A DNA stretch of 64,000 nt from Alphaproteobacteria bacterium (GCA_965249135.1 OZ252220.1:832001-896000), one strand, 5' to 3'; shown: positions 30,956 to 44,755, numbered from the stretch's first letter. The notes: generated from the sequence alone by a model not told the origin. Numbers and translations are program-made.

Positions 30956-32110
30956 TTAAGCGCTTGCTTTCGCTTCGGCAAAGGCCCAGTCCAGCCAGGG
31001 AAAGAGCCCCTCGAGATCGGCCGCCTCCACCGTGCCCCCGGCCCAGATCCGAAGGCCCGGCGGCGCATCGCGGTAACCACCGATATCATAGGCGACGCCT
31101 TCCTTTTCAAGGGCGCCGGTCATTCGTTTCAAGGCCGCCGATTGCGCAGGCCTATCCAGCGAGCCAAACCACGGATCCGCAACCTTGAAGCAGACCGAGG
31201 TCGAAGAGCGGACCTTTGGGTCCTCTGCTAGGAAGGCGATCCACGGCGTCTTCTCGACCCATTTGGTAATCGCTTCGAGATTGGCCTTGCTGCGTGCGAT
31301 GATCGCCTCCAGGCCACCGGCACTTTCCATCCATTTGAGCGCGTCGATCGCGTCCTCGACGCAAAGCAACGACGGCGTGTTGATGGTCGCACCCTCGAAA
31401 ATTTCCTCGATCAGCTTGCCACCTTTCGTCATGCGGAACACTTTCGGCAGCGGCCGGTCCGGCGTGTAACTCTCAAGCCGTTCGACGGCGCGCGGGCTCA
31501 GGATCAAAACGCCGTGAGCCGCCTCGCCACCCATGACCTTCTGCCAGGAATAGGTCGCAACGTCGAGTTTTTCCCAGGGAAGCGCCATCGCAAAGGCGGC
31601 CGACGTCGCATCGCAAAAGGTAAGCCCTTCCCGGTCCGCTGCGATCCATTTCCCATCCGGCACGCGAACGCCCGACGTCGTGCCGTTCCAGGTAAAGACG
31701 ACGTCACGGTTCGTATCCACCTGCCCAAGATCCGGAAGCGCGCCGTAGTCCGCCTCGAAGCTGCGCACGTCCGTGAGCTTCAGCTGTTTCACGATGTCCG
31801 TGAGCCAGCCTTTGCCGAAGCTTTCCCAGGCCAGCACGTCGACGCCGCGCGCGCCCAGCATCGACCACATCGCCATCTCGAAGGCGCCGGTGTCCGAACC
31901 TGGCACGATGCCGATTCGGTAATCCGCCGGCAGTCCAAGCAGATCGCGGCTTCGCGTCAATGCTTCTGCGAGCTTCGCCTTTCCCGGCTTCGAGCGATGC
32001 GATCGCGCGACGACGGCATCTTTCAGGGCATCGAGCGACCAGCCGGGACGTTTCGCGCAAGGGCCGGACGAGAAAAAGGGATTCTGCAGCCGAGAAGTCG
32101 GCTTCGTCAT
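30956..32110 (-). CDS. serC: Phosphoserine aminotransferase
   Basis: [29 protein letters not shown]. Confidence 0.95.
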   Translation of the reverse strand: MTKPTSRLQNPFFSSGPCAKRPGWSLDALKDAVVARSHRSKPGKAKLAEALTRSRDLLGLPADYRIGIVPGSDTGAFEMAMWSMLGARGVDVLAWESFGKGWLTDIVKQLKLTDVRSFEADYGALPDLGQVDTNRDVVFTWNGTTSGVRVPDGKWIAADREGLTFCDATSAAFAMALPWEKLDVATYSWQKVMGGEAAHGVLILSPRAVERLESYTPDRPLPKVFRMTKGGKLIEEIFEGATINTPSLLCVEDAIDALKWMESAGGLEAIIARSKANLEAITKWVEKTPWIAFLAEDPKVRSSTSVCFKVADPWFGSLDRPAQSAALKRMTGALEKEGVAYDIGGYRDAPPGLRIWAGGTVEAADLEGLFPWLDWAFAEAKASA

Positions 32111-32294
32111 GTGCTTCCCTGTGGAGACGGCCTGCCGGAATAGCAAATTCGCGCGGAGTTTAGTGGGCAGCGGCGTAGGGCGTCAACGGCGGATCGGGCC
32201 CGGATTCGCGATTTGCCGGGCGGTCGAACGACGGGTACTCTTCCCCCCTATGGGCCATCGGGCCCAAAAAATATGACGGGGGAGGAAGGCCTTA

Positions 32295-34073
32295 ATGACG
32301 GTCGACCAAGCCGCCTTGTTCGCCATCTTGCTGGCGGCGCTGGCGTTCTTCATCTGGGGCAGGTGGCGCTACGACGCGGTTGCCGTCGGCGCGCTGCTGG
32401 CTGCCGTCTTCGCCGGCATCGTGCCCGCCGAAAGCGCCTTTTCCGGCTTCGGCCATCCGGCCGTCATCACGGTTGCCGCCGTTCTCGTGATTACGCGCGC
32501 GCTGCATCATTCCGCAATCCCGGATTTGTTGGCCAACGCCATGCAGCCCTTCGGCAGCCACACGACCCTGCAGGTCGCTGCCCTCACCGTCGTCGTCGCC
32601 ATCTTCTCCTCGTTCATGAACAACGTCGGCGCGCTTGCGCTCATGATGCCGGTTGCGCTCCAGATCGCCAACAAGACCGGGCGTCCGACCTCCGTCGTGC
32701 TGATGCCGCTCTCCTTTGGCTCGCTTCTGGGCGGCCTGATGACGATGATCGGCACGCCGCCGAACATCATCATCGCCAATTACCGGACGACGCTCGGTGA
32801 TGAGCCCTTTGGCATGTTCGATTTCTCTCCGGTGGGCATTGGCGTGGCCATCGTTGGCGTGTGTTTCATCGTCATCGTTGGCTGGCGATTGCTGCCGCAA
32901 CGCAAAGGAGCCGTGCATGCCGATACCGTCTTCGAACAGATCGAGGACTACATCACCGAAGCCCGGCTGGGTCCGGATTCGGAATTCGTTGGCGCGACGC
33001 TGCAGGAACTGGAAGCGATCGGCCAGGAAGACGTCGCCATCGTCGGTCTCATCCGGGGGGAACGGAAATTCTTAGCCCCTTCCAGCTTCATCCGGCTTCA
33101 GGAAGGTGACATCCTGATCCTCGAAGCCGATCCGGATGCGCTTCGCACGCTCGTCGATCAGGCAAAACTCGAACTCATCGGAAGCGAGGGGTTGAGCGCG
33201 GAAACCATCCGCTCGGATGACGTTCGCCTGATCGAGGCCGTCGTCCCGCCCGGATCGGCGATGGAAAGCCAGACCTCCCGCAGCCTCAGGCTCCATGCTC
33301 GTTTCGGGATCAACATGCTGGGCGTCGCCCGGCACGGCGTGCCGGTGAAGGAGCGGTTGGGGCGCATCCGCTATCAGGCGGGCGACGTCCTGTTGTTGCA
33401 GGGAGACACGGTGGCGCTTGCCGAGGCGATGTCCGAACTCGGCTGCCTGCCGCTGGCCCGGCGCGACCTTCGGCTCGGCAAGCGCCAGCGGACCCTGCTT
33501 CCGGTCGGCATCTTCGCCGTCGCCATTGCGCTCACCACCTTCGGCGTCCTGCCGGCGGCCATTGCCTTCACCGGTGCCGTGGTGGCCATCGTGTTCTTCG
33601 ATCTCTTGACGCTTCGCGAGGCCTACGAAGCCATCGAATGGCCGATCATCGTCCTGCTCGGCGCCATGATCCCGGTCGGCGAGGCGTTGCGGTACACCGG
33701 TGGGGACGGCCTCATCGGCGGGACGATCGTCGGCTTTTCCGAATTCATGGATCCGACGCTGATCCTGGTGCTGATCATGGTGGCGACGATGTTGCTGTCG
33801 GACGTCATCAACAACGCCGCAACCGCGGTTCTGATGGCGCCGATCGCCGTCAGCGTCGCCATCGGGCTCGGCGTGAACACGGATCCCTTCCTGATGGCGG
33901 TCGCGGTGGGGGCGTCGTCGACCTTCCTGACCCCGATCGGCCATCAATCGAACACGCTGGTGATGGGACCCGGCGGCTACAAGTTCGGCGACTACTGGCG
34001 AATGGGATTGCCGCTCGACATCCTGATCATCGCCGTCAGCATTCCGCTGATCCTGCGCTTCTGGCCGCTTTAG
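32295..34073 (+). CDS. SLC13/CitMHS permease with TrkA-C domains
   Basis: SFMNN, IGTPPN, two soluble RCK_C domains, TPIGHQSN, GGYKFGDY. Confidence 0.9.
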   Translation: MTVDQAALFAILLAALAFFIWGRWRYDAVAVGALLAAVFAGIVPAESAFSGFGHPAVITVAAVLVITRALHHSAIPDLLANAMQPFGSHTTLQVAALTVVVAIFSSFMNNVGALALMMPVALQIANKTGRPTSVVLMPLSFGSLLGGLMTMIGTPPNIIIANYRTTLGDEPFGMFDFSPVGIGVAIVGVCFIVIVGWRLLPQRKGAVHADTVFEQIEDYITEARLGPDSEFVGATLQELEAIGQEDVAIVGLIRGERKFLAPSSFIRLQEGDILILEADPDALRTLVDQAKLELIGSEGLSAETIRSDDVRLIEAVVPPGSAMESQTSRSLRLHARFGINMLGVARHGVPVKERLGRIRYQAGDVLLLQGDTVALAEAMSELGCLPLARRDLRLGKRQRTLLPVGIFAVAIALTTFGVLPAAIAFTGAVVAIVFFDLLTLREAYEAIEWPIIVLLGAMIPVGEALRYTGGDGLIGGTIVGFSEFMDPTLILVLIMVATMLLSDVINNAATAVLMAPIAVSVAIGLGVNTDPFLMAVAVGASSTFLTPIGHQSNTLVMGPGGYKFGDYWRMGLPLDILIIAVSIPLILRFWPL

Positions 34074-34882
34074 GCGGCGCCTCCCTTTCGATCCATGAGC
34101 GGGTGGCCATGGTTGAGCGGCCCATGGCCGCGGCCGAAGCCGGGTGCCGTGCGAATCGCCTCCTGAACGTAAATGCGCGCGCGCAGAACCGCGTCGCGTA
34201 AGCTGAGGCCCTGGGCAAGGCCGGTGGCGATCGCCGAGGCCAGCGTGCAACCCGTGCCGTGGGTATGGCGCGTCTCGATCCTGGGGTGTGCAAACATCTC
34301 GATGCCGTCCGGTGTCGCCAGCACGTCCCGGACCGTCTTCTCCGTGAGATGGCCGCCGGTCAGCAGGACCGCCTTCGACCCAAGGGTGAGCAAGGCTCGC
34401 GCCGCGTGTTCGAGATCGTCGAGCGAGGAAATGCGAAGGCCCGTCAAGGCTTCCGCCTCTGGCAGGTTCGGCGTCATCACGTCGGCCTTAAGCAAAAGCC
34501 GCTCCTTCAGCATCTTGATCCCAGGGCCATCGAGCAAGGGCTCGCCCCCCTTCGCCACGACGATGGGATCGACGACAAGCGGCACGTCTGGCGCCTTCCT
34601 CTCGACGACCTCGACGACCGCCTCGACGACCTCGGCGGTGTGCAGCATGCCGGTCTTCAAGGCATCGGCCCCGATGTCGGAAAGCACGACCTCCATCTGC
34701 CGGCGCACGAAAGAGGCCGGTACGGCAAAGATCCCGGCGACGACTTCTGTATTTTGGGCGGTCAGCGCGGTCAGCGCCGTCGCGGCGTAGCCGCCAAGGG
34801 CGGTCACCGTCTTGATGTCCGCCTGAATTCCGGCACCGCCGCTGGAATCGGAGCCCGCAATGATAAGAACCCGTCCTTGCAT
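34070..34882 (-). CDS. thiD: HMP/HMP-P kinase
   Basis: AGSDSSGGAGIQAD, HTHGTGCTL. Confidence 0.96.
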   Translation of the reverse strand: MQGRVLIIAGSDSSGGAGIQADIKTVTALGGYAATALTALTAQNTEVVAGIFAVPASFVRRQMEVVLSDIGADALKTGMLHTAEVVEAVVEVVERKAPDVPLVVDPIVVAKGGEPLLDGPGIKMLKERLLLKADVMTPNLPEAEALTGLRISSLDDLEHAARALLTLGSKAVLLTGGHLTEKTVRDVLATPDGIEMFAHPRIETRHTHGTGCTLASAIATGLAQGLSLRDAVLRARIYVQEAIRTAPGFGRGHGPLNHGHPLMDRKGGAA

Positions 34883-34902
34883 GTCGCCTGCTGCTTCTGG
34901 GA

Positions 34903-36246
34903 TTAACGTGCGGTGCGTTCGATGGCGGTCACGATGTTATCGACGACGCGGTCGATCAGCGCCTCATCGCTTCCCTCGGCCATGACCCGGATGACGGGCT
35001 CGGTGCCGGACTTACGGATGAGCAGCCGCCCATCCTCACCCAGCGTCGTTTCCCCTTCCTGGATCGCCCGCAACACGTCCTTGTCCTCAAGGGGTGCTGT
35101 CTCGTCGAAACGCACGCTTCGAAGCAGTTGCGGCATCGGGTTGAAGCAACGCACCACCTCGCTCGTCGGCCGCTCCGCGTGCACGATTTCCGCCAGCACC
35201 TGCAGGGCGGCGATCAGCCCGTCGCCGGTCGTCCCGAAGTCACTGAAAATAATGTGGCCGGATTGTTCGCCGCCGACGTTGTAGCCGTGTTTCCGCATGT
35301 ACTCGACGACGTAACGATCGCCGACCTGCACCCGGGCAAGCTCGAGCCCATGGGACTTGAGATAGTGTTCAAGTCCAAGATTCGACATCACGGTGGCGAC
35401 GATCCCACCGCCTTGAAGCCGCTTCGTCTCCTGCCAGGACCGCGCGATCAACGCCATGATCTGATCGCCATCCACCAGCTCGCCGGCCTCATCGGCCAGC
35501 ACCATCCGATCCGCATCGCCATCCAGTGCGATGCCCAGATGCGCTTGCTTAGCCTTGACCGCCTCGCACATCGCCTGTGGGTCCGTCGAGCCGCAGGCGT
35601 GGTTGATGTTGAGGCCGTCCGGCGAAACCCCGATCGGCACGACCTCCGCGCCAAGCTCCCAAAGCACGGTGGGCGCCACCTTATAGGCGGCGCCGTTTGC
35701 ACAATCAACGACGATGCGAAGCCCATCCAGCGTCAGTCCGCGCGGGAAGGTCGTCTTGACGTGTTCCATATAACGCCCAAGCGCGTCATCCAGGCGCATC
35801 GCACGGCCCAACTGGTCGGACGCCACCAGGTCTTCTTCGGTGCCATTGTCGATTCGGTGTTCGATGGTGGCTTCGATCTCGTCGGAAAGCTTGCAGCCGT
35901 CCGGACCGAAAAGTTTGATCCCATTGTCCTGATGGGGGTTATGGGATGCCGAGATCATGACGCCGATGTCGGCGCGCAAGGAACGCGTCAGCATCGCGAT
36001 CGCCGGCGTCGGCATCGGGCCGACCAGGATGACGTCCATCCCCATCGAAACGAAGCCCGCGGTGAGCGCAGGCTCCAGCAAATAACCGGAAAGCCGCGTG
36101 TCCTTGCCGATGACGACCCGATGGCGGTGATCGCCACGGAGGAATTGCCGCCCGGCCGCCATGCCGACCTTCAGCGCCGTTTCCGCCGTCATCGGCTCCC
36201 GATTGGAGGTGCCGCGAATTCCATCCGTCCCGAAGAGTCTTCGCAT
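34903..36246 (-). CDS. glmM: Phosphoglucosamine mutase
   Basis: [27 protein letters not shown]. Confidence 0.97.
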   Translation of the reverse strand: MRRLFGTDGIRGTSNREPMTAETALKVGMAAGRQFLRGDHRHRVVIGKDTRLSGYLLEPALTAGFVSMGMDVILVGPMPTPAIAMLTRSLRADIGVMISASHNPHQDNGIKLFGPDGCKLSDEIEATIEHRIDNGTEEDLVASDQLGRAMRLDDALGRYMEHVKTTFPRGLTLDGLRIVVDCANGAAYKVAPTVLWELGAEVVPIGVSPDGLNINHACGSTDPQAMCEAVKAKQAHLGIALDGDADRMVLADEAGELVDGDQIMALIARSWQETKRLQGGGIVATVMSNLGLEHYLKSHGLELARVQVGDRYVVEYMRKHGYNVGGEQSGHIIFSDFGTTGDGLIAALQVLAEIVHAERPTSEVVRCFNPMPQLLRSVRFDETAPLEDKDVLRAIQEGETTLGEDGRLLIRKSGTEPVIRVMAEGSDEALIDRVVDNIVTAIERTAR

Positions 36247-36313
36247 GGTCCCTTATCCCTTCCGGAAACGCCGCCCGGGATTGTAGCAGAAGGCCCTGGG
36301 CGGGAAAGGAAAT

Positions 36314-37441
36314 TTAACGATTCCTCCCACTCCGAAGGGCCGACCAGACACGTAATGCCTGCACCGACTCCGGTATGTCATGGACGCGCAAGAATTGCAC
36401 CCCCTGGTTCAAACAGCCAAGTCCCGCCGCGATGGATGCGGACCGCCGCTCTTTCGGCGCGAACTCCGGCCGGGTGCGCGCAAGAAAGCGTTTTCGCGAG
36501 ACGCCGACCAGGATCGCCGTGCCGAGCCCATGAAAGAGCGAAAGCTTCGCGAGGATTTCCAGATTGTCGTTCGCCGTCTTGCCGAAGCCGATGCCCGGAT
36601 CGACGCAAAGGTTGCCGCGCGCCATTCCCGCCTTCTCGCAAGCCTCAACCCGTGCTTCCAGATAATCGAAGATGTCGAGCGCGACGTCGTCGTAAGCAGG
36701 CGCGTCCTGCATCGTTCGTGGGTCGCCCTGCATGTGCATGAGCACGGTGGGCGCTTGCCGTTCCGCCGCCAAGGCAAGGGAGGCGCTTTCATGCGTCAAC
36801 GCCGTCACGTCGTTCAATACACACGCGCCGGCATCAAGTGCTGCCGCCATGACATCGGCGTGCCGGCTGTCGATGGAAACGATAGTGCCTTGCGATGCCA
36901 GCGCGCCGACGACCGGCAGCACGCGCGCAAGTTCTTCTTTGATGCTCACGGGTTCCGCCCCCGGTCTCGTCGACTCGCCCCCGATGTCGACGATGGCAGC
37001 ACCCGCTTGCGTGAGGAAGGCGCCATGGGCGATGGCACTGTCCGGGTCCGCATAGTCCCCGCCATCCGAGAAGCTGTCCGGGGTGACGTTGAGAACGCCG
37101 AAAAGATGGGGGTGATCGAGGGAGACACCGGCAAAGGGCGGGCGCGCGCAGATGAGATTGGCCGCGAGCCGGGCGATCCGTTTTGCGACGCACCCCCCCT
37201 TCGCCTCGGCCCAGTCCCGGACTTGCCCAAGGCTTGCCCGCCAGGCCCGCGTTTCCGCCGTTCCTCTGGTGATGAGCTCGACGCGGCGAAAGGCGAAAGG
37301 CCCGTCGGCCAAGCCTTGGGCCGCGCCCGCCGCCCGCGCGGCCCGCCCGCCCGCACCAGCCAGCAGCTCAACGGGTCTTAAGTAAAGGGCCTCCGCCTCG
37401 ACGGGATCGGGAGGCCGGCTTTCGGGTCGCCAGAACGGCAT
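36314..37441 (-). CDS. folP: Dihydropteroate synthase with N-terminal extension
   Basis: NVTPDSFSDGG, GGESTRPGA, DPGIGFGK, SRK, RVHD. Confidence 0.93.
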   Translation of the reverse strand: MPFWRPESRPPDPVEAEALYLRPVELLAGAGGRAARAAGAAQGLADGPFAFRRVELITRGTAETRAWRASLGQVRDWAEAKGGCVAKRIARLAANLICARPPFAGVSLDHPHLFGVLNVTPDSFSDGGDYADPDSAIAHGAFLTQAGAAIVDIGGESTRPGAEPVSIKEELARVLPVVGALASQGTIVSIDSRHADVMAAALDAGACVLNDVTALTHESASLALAAERQAPTVLMHMQGDPRTMQDAPAYDDVALDIFDYLEARVEACEKAGMARGNLCVDPGIGFGKTANDNLEILAKLSLFHGLGTAILVGVSRKRFLARTRPEFAPKERRSASIAAGLGCLNQGVQFLRVHDIPESVQALRVWSALRSGRNR

Positions 37442-37458
37442 CGGCTTGGGTGTAAGGA

Positions 37459-39405
<1,947 letters not shown>

Positions 39406-39523
39406 CGTTTCCTCTGCTTGACCCCGAACATCCGCGAGGCCTCGCCGCGCCCTTCGCCCAAGCGAAGGATATTAGCACGCAAGGCATGACCGCCCCATAA
39501 AGATAGGGACTCCGCCGCTTCCC

Positions 39524-40861
39524 TTAAACCGGAAAAACCGGGCCCGCCAGGGGCTGAACGGGGCAGAAATCCAGGCGCTTCAGGGCCACCCCCTCGGCAA
39601 GGCCGGCCCGGGCATAGCCGAGATGGGGCACCAGCAAGACCCCGCGGCGGTCCCAAAGTGCTGGCAGCGTCGGCCGCACACTGGCCGGCAGCCGGGTGTC
39701 GCGCAACCCCGGCTCGGCGGCGGCGATCTCGGCCCATCCCTTCGCACCCAGCCGGCGAAGCTTCGTCTGCTTCGCCCGTTTCGCAAGCGCGCTCCCTTGC
39801 CTTGCCGCCGCCACCTCGATTAAAAAGCGTCCGTCCCAATGAAGGCGGGCGCCGGGCACGGGGGTAAGCGGCCCTTCCTCGCCGCGTGCCTCGCGGCAAA
39901 TGAGGAAGCCATCCGCCTCAGGCAACACCCGGCAGCCGCCCAGTGTGCGGCCCTTGCCAAGCCGGCCACGGCAAAGCACATCGTGCAGTCGCTCCAGCCG
40001 TTCCTGCCTCGGCCCATGCGGCGAACCGCCAACCACCCGCAACAGGCGGCCAAGCGCACGCTGCGCCGACGCAGCGGGTGCTGCCAGAAACGGCTCCGCC
40101 TTCAGCTGGGCATAGCCTTCGGGGTAAAGGGTCGCCGTGCTTGCCAAGAGCGTCGCCGTCACCGTCTCGAAATCGGCCCGCACATGGGCCAGGCGTTGTG
40201 CCGTCCCATGCAGGCGCCCCGCCGTCACCCCTTCGCGGGCAAGAATGGGCAGCATTTGGCGAAGCCGCACCCGGGCAAAGGTGCGATCTTCGTTCGAGGG
40301 ATCCTCGATCCAGGCTTGTCCAAACGCCTCGAGGCTTTCCCGAAGACGGGCCTTCGGCGTCGCGAGCAGCGGGCGAAGCAGCCGAAGATCCGGCCGTTCA
40401 CTCTCGCGCGGCATGCCGGCCAGGCCCTCGACGCCGCTTCCCCGGGCCAGCCGGAAAAGAAACGTCTCCGCCTGATCCTCCCGGTGATGGGCGAGCAGAA
40501 GGTGCAGGATGCCTTCCTTGCCACAGCGTTCCATGAGCAGCCCATAGCGGGCATCGCGGGCAGCCGCTTGGATGCCGGTTTTCGGCTTTCTCCCCTGCCA
40601 GCGAAGAATCCGATGGGGCACCTGGCGGGCGCACAGCCATTTGCCGACCTGGCGCGCCTCCGCCGCCGATGCATCGCGCAAGCCATGATCGACCGTCAAC
40701 GCCAGCACGCCGCCGCCCCGGGCCTTCGCCCAATGATCGGCGAGCAGCGCCAGCGCCAGGCTATCTGCCCCTCCGGAAACCGCCACCGCTAGGCGCGGTT
40801 TTGCTTCGAAAGGATCGAACGCGGCCATGAGGTCCGCAAATTCCTTCGCGTGCATGGGCAT
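39524..40861 (-). CDS. tilS: tRNA(Ile)-lysidine synthetase
   Basis: SGGADS, DHGLR, HHREDQAET, RPLL, DPSN. Confidence 0.95.
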   Translation of the reverse strand: MPMHAKEFADLMAAFDPFEAKPRLAVAVSGGADSLALALLADHWAKARGGGVLALTVDHGLRDASAAEARQVGKWLCARQVPHRILRWQGRKPKTGIQAAARDARYGLLMERCGKEGILHLLLAHHREDQAETFLFRLARGSGVEGLAGMPRESERPDLRLLRPLLATPKARLRESLEAFGQAWIEDPSNEDRTFARVRLRQMLPILAREGVTAGRLHGTAQRLAHVRADFETVTATLLASTATLYPEGYAQLKAEPFLAAPAASAQRALGRLLRVVGGSPHGPRQERLERLHDVLCRGRLGKGRTLGGCRVLPEADGFLICREARGEEGPLTPVPGARLHWDGRFLIEVAAARQGSALAKRAKQTKLRRLGAKGWAEIAAAEPGLRDTRLPASVRPTLPALWDRRGVLLVPHLGYARAGLAEGVALKRLDFCPVQPLAGPVFPV

Positions 40862-40885
40862 TGTCTTCGATTGGGTTCCAGAAAA

Positions 40886-41821
40886 TTACGTGCAGGCGTT
40901 CCGTTTGCGTTCGGCCGCGGCGCGCTGCTTGATGGTCGCCGCCGCGTTCGGAAACTCTTTTTTCAGCCGGTTGAGCGTGGTGCAGGCTTCCTTCTTCTCG
41001 CGTAGATTGCCAAGCGATTTTGCCAATTTCAACAGATGGTCCGGCGCCTTCGAGCCCTTCGGGTCCTTCTGGTAGCCTTGAAGAAACGTCACGGCGGCCT
41101 GGCGAAAGTCGTTCCGCACGTAATAGGTCTCGCCAAGCCAGTAGGTCGCGTTCGCGGCCAGCGCGTCGTTCGGATAGGCCTCGAGAAAGGCCTGAAGCTC
41201 CCGTTCCGCATCCGCGTATTCCCGGCTTGAGAGCAGGGAAAAGGCGTGGTTATAGGCCTCCTTCGGCGGCAGGCTCGCCGCTTTCGTCGCAACCTCTTCG
41301 ACGGGCTCGGCCGATGGCACCGTCGCCAGTGGTGGCGGCGGCGCATCGGTTTTCGCCCGTGCCGCACCCGGCGGCGGAACGGTGAAATACCCCGTCTCGG
41401 CACCCCGCGTGGTGCCCGCCGTGGTGCCACCCTGCTCGAGCGCGCCGAGGCGAAGCTCGAGATCGCCGGTCAGGCGATCGAGGCGTTCGGTAAGTTCCGT
41501 CAACTTGAATTGGATCTCTTCGATGCGGCCGGTGAGCTCGCGGATCTGCGATTCGAAGCCCGTGAAGCGAAGCTCGGCGCGGGCGGCCGGCGTCGGCGCG
41601 TCGGCATAGGACGGTGCCGGCGTCGCCTCCGCGCTCGACGGCGGCGCGGAAGGTGGCGTCTTGTCCCGATACGTCTCGCGCTGCAGGATCTGCAGATTCC
41701 GCTCCAAGCGATCGAGACGATCGACCAGGACCCCCACCTCCGGGGACTGGGCAAAGGCAGGCGTGCCGAGCAAAAAGCCGAGAAAGACCGGCATACCGAT
41801 TTTCAGAAGCAGTCTGTTCAT
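40886..41821 (-). CDS. cpoB: Tol-Pal associated protein CpoB/YbgF
   Basis: Coiled coil plus TPR (ANATYWLGE, KAPD); downstream of pal. Confidence 0.9.
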   Translation of the reverse strand: MNRLLLKIGMPVFLGFLLGTPAFAQSPEVGVLVDRLDRLERNLQILQRETYRDKTPPSAPPSSAEATPAPSYADAPTPAARAELRFTGFESQIRELTGRIEEIQFKLTELTERLDRLTGDLELRLGALEQGGTTAGTTRGAETGYFTVPPPGAARAKTDAPPPPLATVPSAEPVEEVATKAASLPPKEAYNHAFSLLSSREYADAERELQAFLEAYPNDALAANATYWLGETYYVRNDFRQAAVTFLQGYQKDPKGSKAPDHLLKLAKSLGNLREKKEACTTLNRLKKEFPNAAATIKQRAAAERKRNACT

Positions 41822-41830
41822 CCTTCAAAT

Positions 41831-41891
41831 ATGCATCGTCCGCCCGACTCGAAAGGTTCCCAAGAACCCGGAAGTCGGACGGACGATGCAT
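41831..41891 (-). promoter_or_regulatory. Long intergenic stem-loop between pal and cpoB
   Basis: ATGCATCGTCCG-C-CCGACT...AGTCGG-A-CGGACGATGCAT with an inner GGTTC/GAACC stem. Confidence 0.75.
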
Positions 41892-41922
41892 TCACTAGAA
41901 GCGCCGATCGCGTTTGAGATGC

Positions 41923-42396
41923 TTAGTTGACTTTCGTTACCCCGCGGCGGTTCTGCGTCCAGGCCGAATCGTTATGGCCAAGGGCTACTGGCCGCTCTTC
42001 GCCGTAACTGATCGTCGTTATCCGGCTCGCGGAAACGCCAAGCGCAACGAGGTAATCCTTCACCGCATTCGCGCGCTGTTCGCCGAGCGCCAGGTTGTAT
42101 TCCCGCGTACCCCGTTCATCACAATGGCCTTCGATGGTGATGCTCAAACTCGAATTCCGCCGAAGCCAGCCGGCCTGCGCCTTCAGCGTCTTCTGGGAGT
42201 CCGCGCGTATCCCGTATTTGTTGAAATCGAAGAAGACCCGATCGCCAACCTTGGCGACAAGCTCTTGCTGGGGGCTCATGCTGCCGGCGCCACCATAGGC
42301 ACCTCCGGCACCTCTGGCGCCTCCCGTACCAGCGGTCTGGGTCTCACAGGCGGTGAGGAGGACGACCGCTGCAACCATCACTAAAAACCGACGCAT
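41923..42396 (-). CDS. pal: Peptidoglycan-associated lipoprotein
   Basis: Lipobox LTAC; GHCDERGTREYNLALG, SYGEERP. Confidence 0.96.
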   Translation of the reverse strand: MRRFLVMVAAVVLLTACETQTAGTGGARGAGGAYGGAGSMSPQQELVAKVGDRVFFDFNKYGIRADSQKTLKAQAGWLRRNSSLSITIEGHCDERGTREYNLALGEQRANAVKDYLVALGVSASRITTISYGEERPVALGHNDSAWTQNRRGVTKVN

Positions 42397-42578
42397 CTAC
42401 TTGTTCTCCCAATCGAAACCTGGCTGGACGGTTAAATCACGTATATGGTTTACAAATCCTAAAGAAACTGTCCGCCGGACCACCGAAACCGCCCGGCGCC
42501 TAGGGTTCACCCCCGTATCCCATGGTTTTGTTAACCATACTGGCCCGGATTCCCGGAATCAAGGGAATCCAAGGAAAA

Positions 42579-43952
42579 TCAGGGAATGAGCGGGGACCAG
42601 GCCGGATCGGAGGCATCCAGCGGCGTGACCACCTCACGTTCGTTGGCGCCGGTGAGGTCGATCGAGTAGAGCCGGATGCGATCGCGAAGGCCGTCCGGAC
42701 CACCGGGAGTCTGGCGGAAAAACATCAGCACACGGCCATTTGGCGCCCAGGTCGGGCCCTCGTCGCGAAAGCTTTCCGTCAATAACCGCTCGCCGCTGCC
42801 ATCCGGTTTCATGACGCCGATGAAGAAGCGGTTCTGATAGATCTTCGTAAAGGCGATCAGGTCGCCCCGCGGCGACCATACGGGCGTACCGTAGCGGCCC
42901 TTCCCGAAACTGATCCGGCGGATGTTCCGCCCGCTCACATTCATCGTGTAAAGCTGCTGCGATCCGCCGCGATCCGAATTAAAGACGATGCGTCCGCCGT
43001 CCGGTGCAAAGGAAGGCGACGTGTCGATGGCCGGATTCGACGTGAGCCGCCTCGAGCTTCGCGCATTTAGGTTCATGATGTAGATGTCGGAATTGCCATT
43101 CTCGGCATAGCTCATGGCGACTTCTGAATCGTCCGGCGAGAAGCGGGGCGCGAACGTCATGCCGGGAAAGTCGCCGAGACGCTCCTGGACTCCCGTTTCG
43201 ATGTCGAAAAGGTAAACCCGGGGAATATCCAGATAATAGGAAAGGAAGACGATCTTCTGCGCCGTCTTCGAAAAACGTGGCGTCAACACGAGCGTTTCCC
43301 CGTCCGTCAGGAAACGGTGGCCCTCGCCGTCCTGATCCATGACCGCCAATCGCTTGATCCGTCGCGTCGCCGGCCCGCTTTCGGCGATGTAAATCACCCG
43401 CGTATCGAAATAGCCCGTCTCGCCCGTGACCCGCTGATAGATCGCATCCGAAATCTTATGGGCGACGCGCCGCCAGTTGCCGGGTTTCGTATGGTAGGCA
43501 AGGCCCTGCATCTGCCGTTCCGCAACCACGTCCCAGAGGCGGAATTCCACCCGCAGGCGCCCATTGCGCAGCAGCTTGACGCCGCCATTGATCAGGGCCT
43601 GCGTGCCGATCACCCGCCAGTCCGCAAAACGCGGCTGGATGTTGAGCGCGACGTTCTTCTCGATAAACGCGTTTGGATCGACCCCCCGGAAGAGGCCCGA
43701 ACGTTCAAGATTGCCAAGGATGACGAACGCGATCTTCTGCCCGATCTCCTTCTCCTGGCTCCTTTTGCCTAAAAAATCCGGAATGGCGACGGGCAAGGGC
43801 TCGACCACGCCGCGCGTGATATCGATGCGAAGCTCGGCGCGCGCCGGCATGGCCAGGAAAACGAAAAGAAAAAGGGCCAGAAAAAGGGCCAGAAAAGGGG
43901 AAGGAACGAATATCCAAAAGTCTCTTTCGTTTCTTTTTATACGGTGGATCAT
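42579..43952 (-). CDS. tolB: Tol-Pal beta-propeller protein
   Basis: TolB_N domain, PD40 repeats, operon position. Confidence 0.96.
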   Translation of the reverse strand: MIHRIKRNERDFWIFVPSPFLALFLALFLFVFLAMPARAELRIDITRGVVEPLPVAIPDFLGKRSQEKEIGQKIAFVILGNLERSGLFRGVDPNAFIEKNVALNIQPRFADWRVIGTQALINGGVKLLRNGRLRVEFRLWDVVAERQMQGLAYHTKPGNWRRVAHKISDAIYQRVTGETGYFDTRVIYIAESGPATRRIKRLAVMDQDGEGHRFLTDGETLVLTPRFSKTAQKIVFLSYYLDIPRVYLFDIETGVQERLGDFPGMTFAPRFSPDDSEVAMSYAENGNSDIYIMNLNARSSRRLTSNPAIDTSPSFAPDGGRIVFNSDRGGSQQLYTMNVSGRNIRRISFGKGRYGTPVWSPRGDLIAFTKIYQNRFFIGVMKPDGSGERLLTESFRDEGPTWAPNGRVLMFFRQTPGGPDGLRDRIRLYSIDLTGANEREVVTPLDASDPAWSPLIP

Positions 43953-44749
43953 GTTCCGAGCATTTCCTTTGGATTGAAGCTAAGCGTGAAGGTCTTCCAC
44001 TGTTCATATTTCCCGGGCGGCAGCCGAAGGGGACTGCACCGCGGGTTGATCACGGCGCGGTAAGCGCTCTCCGCCGCCGTCCGGAAGAAGGTGTCGCGCT
44101 TCATCCGTTCCGAATCCACGATCCGCGCCTTGCGGATCGTGCCGTCCGGATTGACGTGGACTTTAATATCGACGACGAGGTTCTCGGCGTCCTTCGCACC
44201 GACCGGCACGTTCCAGCAGCGGCTGATCTGGCTGCGGATGGCATCCAGCTCACTAAGGGTAAGCGTGGTTGCCGGATCGAAACGTCGCGGCGCGTGGATC
44301 ACCTCCGGCATTGGCTCCGCTGCCGCCGTCTCCGTCTTCTTCTGGCGGAGCTTTTCCACCGTCTTGAGGACGGAGGCGAAGGGATCCGGCGCCTTCGCCG
44401 GCGTGGGCCTAGGCTTGGGCTTCGGCTTAGCCTTCGGTTTCGGCGGCGGCGTGAGCGTTGCCGGCGTCTCCTTGGTCACCTTCTTCGTCCGCTCTAGCGA
44501 CGGGGCGGGCTTTGGTGCTGCCGTTTCTGGCAGGCTCGCCGTTTGCCGCTCGACGGCAGCTTCGCGTCTTGGTTTTTCCCGCGGCGGGCTTGGTTTCGGC
44601 AGGCTCGTCTTGTGGGAGATCGTCACCAAATCGACGACGATGGGATGGTCCTCACCCGGTGTCGGCTCGAAGAGCGCCGGCACCCCGTAATAGGCGACGA
44701 GAAGAATGCCAACATGCAGCAGTGCGGAGCTGACGAAGCCATTGCGCAT
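43949..44749 (-). CDS. tolA: TolA/TonB-like energy transducer
   Basis: SALLH TM motif, Pro/Lys-rich linker, CWNVP...C C-terminal domain. Confidence 0.85.
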   Translation of the reverse strand: MRNGFVSSALLHVGILLVAYYGVPALFEPTPGEDHPIVVDLVTISHKTSLPKPSPPREKPRREAAVERQTASLPETAAPKPAPSLERTKKVTKETPATLTPPPKPKAKPKPKPRPTPAKAPDPFASVLKTVEKLRQKKTETAAAEPMPEVIHAPRRFDPATTLTLSELDAIRSQISRCWNVPVGAKDAENLVVDIKVHVNPDGTIRKARIVDSERMKRDTFFRTAAESAYRAVINPRCSPLRLPPGKYEQWKTFTLSFNPKEMLGT

Positions 44750-44755
44750 GGATGC

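Noticed and set aside
32111-32200. serC leader RNA
   Set aside because: The leader after the TTGACG/TAAACT promoter is short and lacks the motif as I recall it.
42522-42538. TTAACCAT CtrA-like site upstream of pal
   Set aside because: A single half-site-type match with no full TTAA-N7-TTAA; too weak to call.
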